The translations under genes and the position numbers were made by a program. DNA of 64,000 nt from Scyliorhinus canicula (lineage: Eukaryota): NCBI RefSeq assembly GCF_902713615.1, contig NC_052163.1, forward strand, positions 116,000,912-116,064,911, given 5' to 3'. Below are positions 1 to 11,986 of the stretch, piece by piece. Position 1 is the first letter of the stretch. The number at the start of each line of letters is the position of its first letter. Below the pieces are notes generated by a model that was not told the DNA's origin, did not search any database, and worked only from the letters and a program-made list of their open reading frames with translations.

Positions 1-319
1 GGGTCAGCTCTTTCAAAGAGCTGTATAATTAGTTCAATCTCCCACTACTCTTCCCCAGAGCCCTGGAAACTTTTCCCCTTCGAGTATTTATCCAATTCCC
101 TTTTGAAAGCCATCACTGATTCCCTTCGAACAGCGTGTTCCGGATCATAATAGTTCACTGTATAAAATGATTTCTCACCTCCACTCTGATTCTTTTGCCA
201 ATGATCTGAAATCTGGCTCCTCTGCTAAACGATCCGCTTGCCACTGGGAACAGGCATCAACACAAAGTCCTTCCTTCTTTAATGCACGGCACAAACCGAC
301 ATTGCCTTTACTCAGTTAC

Positions 320-425
320 CTGATCCAGCAGAGTTGGGTCTGCTCCATTTCTGAGCAACAGTTTCAAACTCTTCAGGCACCCCCAGGAGGCAGCTACGTG
401 CAAGGGAGTGAGACTTTCAGTGGAC
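320..425 (-). CDS. ANKLE1: ANKLE1 coding exon 3 (106 nt), ankyrin repeat
   Basis: Acceptor tttgttgttttgtag|; STESLTPLHVAASWGCLKSLKLLLRNGADPTLLDQ; donor CAG|gtaact. Confidence 0.92.
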
Positions 426-3400
426 CTACAAAACAACAAAAAGGTTGGGTGAGAATTGAAATTCCAATAGCTTGCAACCTCATTAGGTCGTAGTGGTAAT
501 GTCACTGGACTAGTAATCTAGAGGCCCAAGCTTATGCCCTGGGGACATGGGTTCAAATCCCACCATGGTAGCAGGTGAAACTTAAAATCAAGTAATAAAA
601 AAATCTGGAATATAAAGAGAGTAACAACAACAATCATCAATTGTTGGAAAATAATCCATCTGGAAATCTGCCAACCTTACTCAGCCTGGCCTACACGTGA
701 CTCCCACAACAAAGTGGTTGATTCTTAAGACTGCTCTCAGCAATGGCTTAACAAGCCCCTCAGTTCATGGGCAATTAGCGATGACCTTGCCAGCGATGCC
801 CACATCCCTTGTAAGATTTTGTTCTAATAATGGACTCTACTAAAATAGCCCACTGTTACCAGAATTTTGCTCCACAACACTGGCAGCTACAGGCCAGTCA
901 TTGATGATGGTGAAATTCAAAACTACTAAAATTATACAGGACTAGGTATATTGTGGTGCCCCCCCCCCCCCCCCCCCCCCTTGCAAATAGCAACATACTC
1001 CCTCCCTGTAAGCCCCCTGTAAATTCAGAGACGGTTCAGGAACCTCCCTCCACCATACAAGTACTGCACCCACTCCTGGGGACCCCTTGCAGGTGCGTTC
1101 ACTCCTGGGGACCCCTTGCAGGTGCTATCGCGTTCTACCCATGTCTTATTCAAGAAAAAGTGTGAATGATTCAATGAAAATTATAAAAAGTTTTGTTTGC
1201 ACAGAGTAACAGGAAAACAACTAGCACATTGAATATGGAGTTGGAGGTCCTCAGTTTGTAAACCTGTACACTAAAATCAGCCCAGTGACACACGCGGCTC
1301 CAACAAAGCTTCACTAACCGGACGTTGGGATTTGCCCCATGCAGAAGTAGTAGTTTCAGACACCGGATTCCACCTTCTGTGTCCTTCCCAGATGCCAAGT
1401 GTAGGGCCGCTATTCCCTCAGGTAAAACCAGATTGGGATCGGCACTTCCCTTTAACCACTTTGCCAAGGAACTGGAGAGGAAAGAAAAGGTTAAATGGGA
1501 TCAAATCAGCTCACAGCCATCGTCAGAACAACACAGATGAGAAGATCTTTTTGCATCTGTCCTAAGGTGCCTCACACCAAGAGCTGGCAGACTTTTCAAA
1601 TAAGTGTGGGCATCGCAGGGCAGTCTCAAACTGTCCTTGGCCGACACACCTGAACAATTCGCATTTATACAGCACCTCTAATGTAGTAAAACATCCCAAG
1701 GTGCTTGACAGAGCGTTAAGAAAATCTGATATGGCGCCACACAAGAAGATACTTAGAAAGTGACCAAGTTTGGTTAACAAGTCAGTTTGACAGCACAGGA
1801 TGAGGTCTGTGATATGTGGAAGAGGTCATCAAATTAATCTATTCTAATCCCATTTTCCAGCACTTGGTCCATAGCCTTGTATGGTGTATCGTTTCAAGCG
1901 CTCATTTAAATGTTTCTTAAATGTTGTGGAGTTCCTGCCTTTACCACCTTTTCTGGCAGCGGGTTCCAGATTCCTACCCCACTCTGGGTGTAAAGGGTTT
2001 CCTTCAAATCCCCTCAATCTCCTCCTCTTTACCTTAAATCTATGCCCTTGGTTGTTGACCCCTCTACTTAGAGGAAAAGCTCCTTCCCATCTGTGTCCCT
2101 CATAATTTTGCAGACATCGATGAGGTTCCCCCAGCCTTCTGTGCTCGAAGGAAACAACCCCAACCTAACCAGCCTCTCTTCATAGCTGAAACGCTCCAGC
2201 CCAGGTAACATTCTGGTGAATCTCCTCTGCACCCTTTCCAGTGCAATCACATCCTTCCTGTAGTGTGGCGAACAGAAATGCACAGTGCTCTAACTGGCTT
2301 AATGAGCATTTTACACAGCTCCATCATAACCTCACTGTTCTTGCAATCTATGCCTTGGCTAATAAAGGCAAGTATCCCACATACATTCGTAACCACCTTA
2401 TCTGCCTGTCCTGCTGCCTTCAGAGATCTTTGGACATGCACCCCCAAGGTCCCTCTGTACTTCCTAGGGTCCTACCGTTCATTGTGTATTCCCATACCTT
2501 GTTAGTCCTCTCAAAATGCACCACAGAGCTAGGGAGAGGCAAGGATATGGAAGAAATTTGAAAACGAGGATAAGAGTTTTAAAATGGACGGGATGCCTGG
2601 ACTGTGGCAAATATAGGGGCGATAGGTAACGGGCGCAAGTTAGGATATGGGCAAGATCAAGCGGCAAAAAAGACATTGATGAAGGTTTCATCAGATGAGC
2701 TGAGGCAGGGGGCGGGGTGATGCTACAGAGGTGGAAGTAGGTGGTCCTGGTAATGGAGAGGATTTCTGATCAGAAGCTCACTTCTGGGTAAAACAGGACT
2801 ACAAATACAGGAACAGATGCAAAGGGAAAATGTTGCAGATGCTGGAAATCTGATATAAAAATGGTAGCGCTCAGCAGGTCAGGAAACANNNNNNNNNNNN
2901 NNNNNNNNNNNNNNNNNNNNNNNNNNNNNNNNNNNNNNNNNNNNNNNNNNNNNNNNNNNNNNNNNNNNNNNNNNNNNNNNNNNNNNNNNNNNNNNNNNNN
3001 NNNNNNNNNNNNNNNNNNNNNNNNNNNNNNNNNNNNNNNNNNNNNNNNNNNNNNNNNNNNNNNNNNNNNNNNNNNNNNNNNNAATTTTCTGGTTGCTGAT
3101 CTTTCGTCAGAACTAAAAAAATGTTTGAGAATTTATTTTCACCATCCCTTAAAAAGGTACAAATGTGCAGGAATTAATGGACTATCCCGTAAAACAAGCT
3201 GCAAAGGCATGCCCATAAGACACAGAAATTAGGCCATTCAGCCCATTGATACTGCTCCAACATTCAACCATGGCCGATTTATTTCTAATAATCTTTATTA
3301 GAGTCACAAGTATGCTTACATCAACACTGCAATTAAGTTACTGGAAAATCCCCCAGTCGCCACATACTGGCTCCTGTTTGTGTCCACAGAGGGAGAATTC

Positions 3401-4752
3401 AGAATGTCCAATTCACCTAATAAGCATGTCTTTCGGGACTCGTGGGAGGAACTGGATCACCCCGAGGAAACCCACACAGACACAGGGAGAATGGGCAGAG
3501 TCTGCACAGACAGTGACCCAAGCCGGGAATTGAACCCGGGTCCCTGACGCTGTGAAGCAACAGTGCTAACCACTGTGCTGCCGTGCCACCCATTCTCATC
3601 CCCATTCTCCTGCCTTCATCCCATCACCCCCAATCTTCTTATTAATCAAGAACCTATCAATCCCTGTCTTAAAGATGCTCAGTCACTTGGCCTCCACAGC
3701 CTTCTGCGGCAATGAGTTCCACAGAATCACCACCTTCTGGCTGAAGAAATTCCTCATCTCGGTTTTAGAGGGGTGAGCCATCAGTCTGAGGCTGTGCCCT
3801 CGGGTTCTAGTCTCTCCTACTATTGGAATCATCCTCTCCACGTCCACTCTATCGGCCTCTCAGTATCCTGTAAGTTCTAATGAGATCCCCCCTCATCGTT
3901 CAAATCTCCATCGAGTACAGACCTAGAGTCCTGGACCATCACCGTGTGGCCATCACCGAGTGACCATCACTGACTGACCATCAATGAATGACCATCACTG
4001 AGTGACCATTACCGAGTGACCATCAGAGTGACCATTAACAAATAACCATCACTGAGTGACCATCACTGGAGTGACCATCATTGAGTGACCATCATTGAGT
4101 GACCATCATTGAGTGACCATCATTGAGTGACCATCACTGAGTGACCATCACTGAGTGACCATCACTGAGTGACCATCACTGAGTGACCATCACTGAGTGA
4201 CCATCACTGAGTGACCATCACCGAGTGACCATTAACAAATAACCATCACTGAGTGACCATCACTGGAGTGACCATCATTGAGTGACCACCGAGTGACCAT
4301 CACCCAGTGACCATCAATGAATGACCATCACCCAGTGACCATCAATGAATGACCATTAATAAATAACCATCAGTGACCACCGAGTGACCATCAGCGAGTG
4401 ACCACCAGTGAGTGACCATCACTGAGTGACCATCATTGAATGACCATCAATGAATGACCATTAACAAATAACCATCAGAGTGACCATCATTGACCACCGA
4501 GTGACCATCACCTAGTGACCATCACCTAGTGACCATCAATGAATGACCATCACCGAGTGACCATTACTGAATGACCATCAATGAATGACCACCAAAGAGA
4601 GACAGTCCGCAACAAGCCCAGACTTGCTGCTCCGGTGTGCACACAACAGGAGCCGCCATGCCCAGCATTGCTATAACGTGTAAACGTCCTTACTCAGCAT
4701 CGTCTTCCTCTATGGCCCAGTGCAGGCGCCTGGCCAGCAGCTCGCTGCTCAT
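320..4752 (-). CDS. ANKLE1: ANKLE1 (ankyrin repeat and LEM domain protein 1), 5' partial gene; coding exons 4752-4694, 1471-1319, 425-320; continues beyond the left edge
   Basis: Spliced translation MSSELLARRLHWAIEEDDADSLAKWLKGSADPNLVLPEGIAALHLASGKDTEGGIRCLKLLLLHGANPNVRSTESLTPLHVAASWGCLKSLKLLLRNGADPTLLDQ matches the recalled ANKLE1 N-terminus (LARRL...GADPNLVL...LTPLHVAAAWGC...GADPALRDQ). All junctions are GT-AG with consistent phases 2,2,0. Confidence 0.92.
1319..1471 (-). CDS. ANKLE1: ANKLE1 coding exon 2 (153 nt), ankyrin repeat
   Basis: Acceptor ttttctttcctctccag|; SLAKWLKGSADPNLVLPEGIAALHLASG...HGANPNV; donor CG|gttagt. Confidence 0.92.
1790..2520 (-). mobile_element. CR1-clade LINE 3' fragment
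   Basis: Minus-strand frames FCSPHYRKDVIALERVQRRFTRMLPGL...YEERLVRLGLF and GVHVQRSLKAAGQADKVV are the CR1 ORF2 C-terminus. Confidence 0.85.
2889..3082. other. Assembly gap (194 N) inside ANKLE1 intron 1
   Basis: Run of n, flanked by pieces of a Penelope-type terminal repeat. Confidence 0.99.
3288..3590 (-). mobile_element. tRNA-derived V-SINE (shark HE1-like)
   Basis: A/B-box head (TGGTTAGCA...GGTTCAATTCC) and the central GGGTTTCCTCGGGG domain. Confidence 0.8.
3935..4592. repeat. Tandem repeat, 14-bp unit GAGTGACCATCACT (about 45 copies, with variants)
   Basis: Directly visible; variant blocks containing ACCATTAACAAATA recur near 4031, 4228, 4353 and 4457. Confidence 0.95.
4694..4752 (-). 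CDS. ANKLE1: ANKLE1 coding exon 1 (59 nt)
   Basis: ATG at 4752 in a CpG-rich region; MSSELLARRLHWAIEEDDA; donor GA|gtaagg. Confidence 0.88.
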
Positions 4753-4818
4753 CCTCCCCGGCCCGGGGCTCGGGCCGCCACCTCCCAACTCCAGTCAAAC
4801 CCTCCCGCCAACACCACC

Positions 4819-5065
4819 CGCGTCATCGGCCCCGCCCCGCCGCCTGCGTCATCGGCCCCGCCCCGCCGCCCGCGTCATCGGCCCCGCCCCGCCGCTCGCG
4901 TCATCGGCCCCGCCCCGCCGCCCGCGTCATCGGCCCCGCCCCGCCGCCCGCGTTATCGGCCCCGCCCCGCCGCCTGCGTCATCGAACACGCCCCGCCCCT
5001 CCGACCGCGTCATCGGCCCCGCCCCCGCGCCATTGGCCCCTCCCCCTCTCACTGGCCCCGCCCCT
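4819..5065. repeat. GC-rich minisatellite, ~26-bp unit CGCGTCATCGGCCCCGCCCCGCCGCC, about 7-8 copies
   Basis: Tandem copies directly visible, with degenerate last units. Confidence 0.9.
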
Positions 5066-7079
5066 CCATCGTCACCGACGCCTGGGTCACTGGCTCCACC
5101 TCCTCCACCCTCAGCACCCAATCGGACCACAGGCACTCCCGGCCGTGGTCGCCCATTGGTCAGCCGGACAGCCTACCAGGCCGCGCTCCCACTTCCCCCT
5201 GCCTGGATCAACCAAACGGTAAAAGAGCAGGGGGACGGCGAACATAATTATTAATGTCACGCAAGTCAAACGAAACAGGCCGAACTTTAAAATATCTACA
5301 TGTTGACAAACAATTATTTCTGATAAATTACTCTGATAGTTGGGTTGAAGACAGTTGTTGAAATAATTAGGAAACAAGCGCTTTATTGCTGTTCCCCCGC
5401 AATGTTGGCATTGGTTGCGTCTGATTGGCAGCTCCCAGGTCCGGTTTACAAAAAAAACCCTCAAATCCCTTTGACACATTTGCAAGATTGATTTTCATGA
5501 GTGTGTTTCTTCGTATATTTGCATGCTATAAAAACTTGCTTTTAGAAGTTAGCCACTGGCAGCTTCACACTGGAGATCAGATCCGACTTTAAATCATCAC
5601 TCAAACTATTCTTAAGGTGCCTCCTCTGCTTGATTTGTATTGGATGCAGCACAGGGGCTTGATGTCGATTGGTTCCCCCTGCTGTCATTCATGGCTGGTG
5701 CCCCCCCCGGGGGAGAGGAGGCGGGCTAGCACGGGGAGGGGGGTGAAAAGGGGCTTGTGCCCCTTATCAGTGGGAAGGTGTGTTTGTGGAGGGGACTAAA
5801 TTGTAGAAAATGACATTGCTAATTCTACAAGAAAATACACACATTAAAATCTTTTCAATTGCATTGTGGGATATTTCAATCTACTTTCACTTTTGGTATG
5901 GAACTGATTACTACTGTGCATGAACAGACTGTTCAGACATTGCATTATATCAATACATTTTGTTGTTGATTGGAAAGATTCCGTTTACTCCAAGGTATTG
6001 TGCATGCGTTTGAAAAATATATTTTTTAAAGTGCCTGAATTGGAGCAATATTGGGGAAAGGATTGAATGTATTTGGAATATTGTACTGAGAAACGGTATT
6101 TTTAGAATTCAGAGATTCATTTTGAGTTTCTGCAGTTGCCAAATAGTTTGCATGTTCAGAATAGTTACAACTCGGTTGAGATTTACGTCTGCATTATTCT
6201 GTGTTCTTGAGATTCATCAGCCTGCAATTATTGAGTAGAAAGCTGCTGGAAACATGTTTTGAAAGGCATTTCTAGCTCTGATAGCATTGACAAAATGTCA
6301 CAAGTCAGGATAATGGTCATAAACAATTTAAACTATGTTGAGGTTTTTCAGCCTTAAGAGGTATGAAAAGTGTTCTCTGGTCCTCGTGTTAAAATTCCTA
6401 CTTGCTCCCTCCCTATCTCTAATTTTCTCCAGCCCAACGAACACCCCCAAAAATATCCAGAGCTCTTCTAACTCTGGTCTCTTGAGCATCCCCTGAATTT
6501 AATCACTTCACCATTGGTGATTGTGCATTGTTGCCTCATCCCTAAGCTCCATAATATGTTTCATAAACATTTCTGCGTCACTTTACTTGTTTAACACAGT
6601 CCCTCTGTCCAAATGGACCAACTGCAAGAACTGCAGAGATGTAAACACAGCTGATTGAGTTAATCTAGGAAGAAGTACTTAGCCACCAGGTAAAAGATGA
6701 TGAATTTCTTAAGCTGCTGTATGTGTGGGGAACTTGGGACTTAGGAGCAGGAGGAGGCCATTCGGCCCTTTGAGCCTGCTCTGCTTTTTGATATGATCAT
6801 GGCTGATTCGGTTGTGGTCTCGACTCCATCCACTTTCCTGTCTATCCCGCTAACCCTTGACTCCTCTTGTTCGTCAAACATCTATTTAACTCAGCTTTGG
6901 ATAAATTCAATGACCCAGCCTCCACTGCTTTCTGGGAAAGAAAATCCCACATACTCATGACCCTCAGAAACATTCTCCTAATTAAAAGGGGTACGCCATA
7001 CTTTTAAAATGTATCCCATAGTTCTAGTCTCTCCCACAAGAGGAAACATCGTCCTATTTTCTACCCTATTGCCCAAAGG

Positions 7080-7240
7080 AGAAAGGGAGAACGGCTTGAA
7101 AGTGATGTCACAGGAAAGTGGAACGAGGTACTCGCTCTTTGTGTGCAAGCAGGGGCGAGAGGAGCAGCAGCGGGTGAGTAGAGTCGTGCTAGCAGGGGTG
7201 AGAATGCAAGGCACGAATTGGAGGGAAAAGTGACGTCATT
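7080..7240 (+). promoter_or_regulatory. Candidate RFXANK non-coding first exon / promoter
   Basis: Strong donor CGG|gtgagt after 7173, perfect CRE TGACGTCA at 7231-7238, local CpG enrichment. The RFXANK ATG exon starts with an acceptor, so an upstream exon is implied. Confidence 0.35.
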
Positions 7241-7259
7241 GACAATGAGGCAGATGTTC

Positions 7260-9510
7260 GGTGGTTGATGAGTGTTTGCATCCGACAGTGAACCTTGGTC
7301 TCCATGCGTCTCACAATTCCCTGCCACTCGGCCAAGACCTCGCTTCACTGGGACCGTGTGCTGGTTGGTGTGCAATGACCACCCCACAGTAAAAGAATCC
7401 ACGCGCAGGCATCTTCCACTCCAACCCCACCCCACCCATCCAAATGAATTTCGGGACCTGGGACGTCAGCATCCCAACAGCAACAGAAATGAATGTCGCA
7501 CCGCCATCATAGCCCAGGAACTCTGGCACCACAACATTGACATCGCCACCCCGAGCGAGACGCGACTGGCAGGAGAAGCCAACTTATAGAACAAGATGGC
7601 GGATGCACCGTTTGGAAAGGCAAACCAGAAGAAGAACGTTGTCTCGATGGGGTTGGCTTTGCTTAAAAAACAAACAGGTCAAATGTCTCCACGAACCCCG
7701 CTGTGGGGTGAGTGAGCACCTCATAACCCTAAAAGCTCACCCTGCCCCAGAAGCAGCACATCAGCTGTCAGTGTCTACACCCCTACTCTAGATGCAACGG
7801 ACGAGACAAAAAAGGCATTCTGCTCCAGCCTCGACAAATCGCTGACCAGCATCCCAAAAGGGGACAAGCTGATTTTCCTCGGTGACTTCAATGCTAGAGT
7901 CGGGAAGGAGCAAACCTTTGGAAAGGCCTGTTAGGCAGTGAAGGCGTAGGAAATACAAATGCCAACCGAGCCCTCCTGCCAAAACGTTTAGAACATGACT
8001 TGGTCATTACAAACACCTCGTTCCACCAGAGGGACAAGCAGCAGACCTCATGGCAACACCACCACGCCACACCACGACCGGAGCTGCTGACTGACCACTG
8101 ACTAATCTGCTCTACCATCACCCTGGCCCCAAGCCGGCAGAGACAGAAAAAACTCTGCCGCAGGAGATTCGATGTTGCTGGACACAAAGAACCTGAGAAA
8201 AAAGAGCTACTCAGTTGGTGCCTCATAGCTAACCTTGTGACAACCACCGAGTCAGAGCCACAGAACGTCCACAGATCCGCCTTAAAAACCGCCATAATCA
8301 GCACCTGCCAGGAGATGCGTGGGCTGTAAACCAGGAAACACCTAGGACTGTTTCGACGAGAATGATCAGGAAATCCAGGATCTGCTTGACCACAAGAGCA
8401 AAGCGTTCCTGAACTGGCAACTCCTCCAAAACCCGAGTGAGAGGAAATGAGCCCACAGGCAATTGAAGGCCGAGTATAACAAATAATTTGTCACCTAAAG
8501 AACAGATGGTGGGTGGAAAGAGTGCAGGAGACTCAGCAATTCCCTGACAACCACGACGTGTGCGGCTTCTTCAGCACAGTTAAAGCCATCTACGGTCCGA
8601 GTACGCAGGGACCCACACCACTGAGAGCCAAAAGCGGAGAGGCGCTCATCAAAGGCAGAAAGGTAGTGAACACCCGCTGGAAAGAGCACTTAAAGGACCT
8701 CCTCAACCAGGACACAGACTTCGGCACAAGTGCCCTTGACACCATCCCACAGCAGGCTACCTGCCACAATCTCAGGGTAACCCCAGCTCGCCATGAGGTC
8801 GCAAAACCCATCAGTAGCTGAAAAACAACAAGGCCTCTGGCGCAGATGGAATCCCCGCAGAAGTATTAAAATGCGGCGGAGAGGCACAACAAGAATCCAC
8901 AACCTCATCACCCTTATCTGGAAGGAAGAGAGAATACCGGGTGATTCAGAGACGCTTTAATTGTGACTCTCTTCAAGAGAGGATCGCTACAAGGACACCC
9001 AGAAAGCCTCCGTAAATAAATGCAACATCCCCATCGATATGTGGAAATCGCCTGCCTTAGAACGCACAAACTGGAGGAAAAGCATCCACGAAACGGCCAA
9101 TCATCTTGAGCGGCACAGGGTGGAGCACCCGGGGGCCAAGCATAAACAGTGGAACGAGAACGCAGAATCCACAGCGTCCCACCGACACACCTCATCAATG
9201 AAATGAAATTGCTTATTGTCACAAGTAGGCTTCAAATGAAGTTACTGTGAAAAGCCCCTAGTCGTCACATTCCGGTGCCTGTTTGGGGAGGCTGGTACGG
9301 GAATTGAACCGTGCTGCTGGCCTGCCTTGGTCTGCTTTCAAAGCCAGCGATTTAGCCCTGTGCTAAACCAGCCCCTAAACTAAACACCACCTGCCAAACC
9401 TGTGGCAGAGTCTGCGGTTCCAGGATTGGACTATTCAGCCACCAAAGAACCCACCTCCCCGGAGTGGAAACAAGTCATCCTTGACCCTGAGGGACAGCCT
9501 TCGAAGAAGA
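7260..9510 (+). mobile_element. Degenerate, internally deleted RTE-clade LINE with a short SINE inserted at ~9197-9375
   Basis: Endonuclease motifs NFGTWDV, RTAIIAQEL..NIDIA..SETRLAGE and LIFLGDFNARVG; KAIYGP..QG; C-terminal C2H2-like TCQTCGRVCGSRIGLFSHQRTH at ~9388-9455; many frameshifts. Confidence 0.85.
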
Positions 9511-9799
9511 CTCTATTAACTCTACTCATTATTTTATATGCTTCAAAAAAACACCTCATTGTTCTAAACTCCAAGGGGAAAGGCCCAACTCGTTCAACCT
9601 TTCTTCATAAAGTGAACCCTTTGTCAAGTGAACCTTCTCTGAACTGTCTCGAACATAATTGTATCTGTTTTCAAATAAGGAGACCAAAGGTGGGAAGAAG
9701 GTGGGAAGAATAAAAACAATGGCAAGGATTCTGTTACGGAAAGGGAAGAGAGGCAAACTGAAAACCTTAATTTTTTCTTGCCGTCTGTCCATAAGCAAA

Positions 9800-10125
9800 G
9801 TGGGCTGCATGGTAGCACAAGTGGATAGCACTGTGGCTTCACAGCGCCAGGGTCCGAGGTTCGATTCCCCGCTGGGTCACTGTCTGTGCGGAGTCTGCAT
9901 GGTTTCCCCGTGTCTGCGTGGGTTTCCTCCGGGTGCTCCAGTTTCCTCCCACAGTACAAAGATGTGCAGGTTAGGTGGGTTGGCCGTGATAAATTGCCCT
10001 TAGTGACCAAAAAGGTTAGATGGGGTTATTGGGTTAGGGGGATAGGGTGGAAGTGAGGGCTTAAGTGGGCCAGTGCAGACTCGATGGGCCGAATGGCCCC
10101 CTTCTGCACTCTATGTTCTATGTTC
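9800..10125 (+). mobile_element. V-SINE
   Basis: tRNA head, GGGTTTCCTCCGGGTGCTCC core, CR1-like tail TATGTTC. Confidence 0.85.
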
Positions 10126-10759
10126 TTGTTTAAAGGTGTTTTTAAGTTTTGAAATAGGCTGCAGCATATTGTCCAAAACCCTCTGTGAAGTAAAATTTAA
10201 GTTGACTTGCAGAAAATTTAGGTTAAATCAGAAGTATTGTTTATTAGGGTTAGGGTTGATTTAGCACAGGGCTAAATCCGGGGGATGGTTATTAAAACTA
10301 CTTCCACAAGCACACAACAAGGAACTAGGAAAGAAGAGAATATTGCAACTAAGAATAATTTAAAAGAACCAAAGATAGGAATGTTAATTTACAAGAATGT
10401 TAGTGTCCAGAATGTCAGTGTTTGGTGAGGGTTTCTTCACATCGGAGTTCAGGTTCAGGCGGAACGGCCAGCTAAAAGTAGGAATTGTCGAATTCCTTTA
10501 ACATTGGTGAAGACGCAGCTAGATGAGGTCGGTACACAGGGACTTGGTTCACCCTAAAGCCGATGGCAGGAATCTGCTACAGAACCAGGCTTCAAGGAGG
10601 TTTAGACTTGAGTCTGACTTTGATGTTGAAGGGCTGGATGCTTAACAGCAGACTGGCCTGGGAGTTATTAAATCTTCCAAAACCAAAGGATCATGAGGAG
10701 TTGCCCTTGATATGTCAGGGTAACAATCACTTACCTCTGGTTAAAATCCATTGTTCACT

Positions 10760-11555
10760 TTTGGATTGGATTGGATTTGTTTATTGTCACGTGTCCCAAG
10801 GTACAGTGAAAAGTATTTTTCTGCGAGCAGCTCAACAGATCATTAAGTACATGGCAAGAAAAGAGAATAAAATAAAATACATAATAGGGCAAAACAAGAT
10901 ATACAATAGAACATAGAACAGTACAGCACAGAACAGGCCCTTCGGCCCTCAATGTTGTGCCGAGCCATGATCACCCTACTCAAACCCACGTATCCACCCG
11001 ATACCCATAACCCAACAACCCCCCCCCCCCAACCCAACCTTACTTTTATTAGGACACTACGGGCAATTTAGCATGGCCAATCCACCTAACCCGCACATCT
11101 TTGGACAATGTAACTACATAAGCATTGGCATTGGTTGAAGCATACAGGGTGTTGTGTTAATGAGGTCAGTCAATAAGAGGGTCATTTAGGAGTCTGGTTA
11201 TAGTGGGGAAGAAGCTGTTTTTGAGTCTGTTCGTGCGTGTTCTCAGACTTCTGTATCTCCTGCCCAATGGAAGAAGTTGGAAGAGTGAGTAAGCCGGGTG
11301 GGAGGGATCTTTGATTATGCTGCCTGCTTTCCCCCGGCAGCGGGAGGTGTAGATGGAGTCAATGGATGGGAGGCAGTTTCTTGTGATGGACTGGGCGGTA
11401 TTCACGACTCTCTGAAGTTTCTTGCGGTCCTGGGCTGAGCAGTTGCCATACCAGGCTGTGATGCAGCCCGATAGGATGCTTTCTACGGTCCATCTGTAAA
11501 AGCTGGTAAGGGTTAATGTGGACATGCCGAATTTCCTTAGTTTCCTGAGGAAATA
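10760..11555 (-). mobile_element. Rex1/Babar-type LINE 3' fragment, split by a SINE at ~10905-11107
   Basis: [37 protein letters not shown]...DPSHP...LLPLGRRYRS...RLKNSFFP. Confidence 0.85.
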
Positions 11556-11759
11556 AATAGATAGTGGAAATAGATAGTGGCTGTTCGTGCCTCCGCAGGT
11601 ATGACAAATTTTGATGGCCCTCTGTTATAAGTCCAGGCTGGGGAGACAGACCGCTTGGTGCTCTCTTGTTTTGTTGATTGTAATGGGTCCACACAATGGC
11701 AGGTGTGAGATCCCACAAGGTTGAGGGTTAAGCGTTGTCCTGTAATTACTGTTGGAACT

Positions 11760-11986
11760 TTAAAAAAAAAAAAAATTTAGATTACCCAATTATTTTTTCT
11801 ATTAAGGGGCAATTTAGCGTGGCCAATCCACCTACTCTGCACATTTTTGGGTTGTGGGGGCGAAACCCATGCAGACACGGGGAGAATGTGCAAACTCCAC
11901 ACGGACAGTGACCCAGAGCCGGGATCGAACCTGGGACCTCAGCGCCGTGAGGCGGTTGTGCTAACCACTAGGCCACCATGCTGCCC
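11760..11986 (-). mobile_element. Short V-SINE subfamily copy
   Basis: Same head and core; A-rich end. Confidence 0.8.

Larger units (their letters stand above)
4600..5450. promoter_or_regulatory. CpG-island-like ANKLE1 promoter, possibly shared with RFXANK
   Basis: High CpG/GC content around the ANKLE1 ATG; many GC boxes (GCCCCGCCCC); CCAAT/ATTGG motifs near 5032, 5118, 5156, 5410 and 5424. Confidence 0.7.

Noticed and set aside
2861-3232. 123-aa ORF
   Set aside because: Artefact of the N gap
3935-4592. CRISPR-like array
   Set aside because: Simple tandem satellite without spacers
4637-5254. 205-aa and 175-aa Pro/Arg-rich ORFs on +
   Set aside because: Translations of the GC-rich promoter minisatellite, antisense to ANKLE1 exon 1
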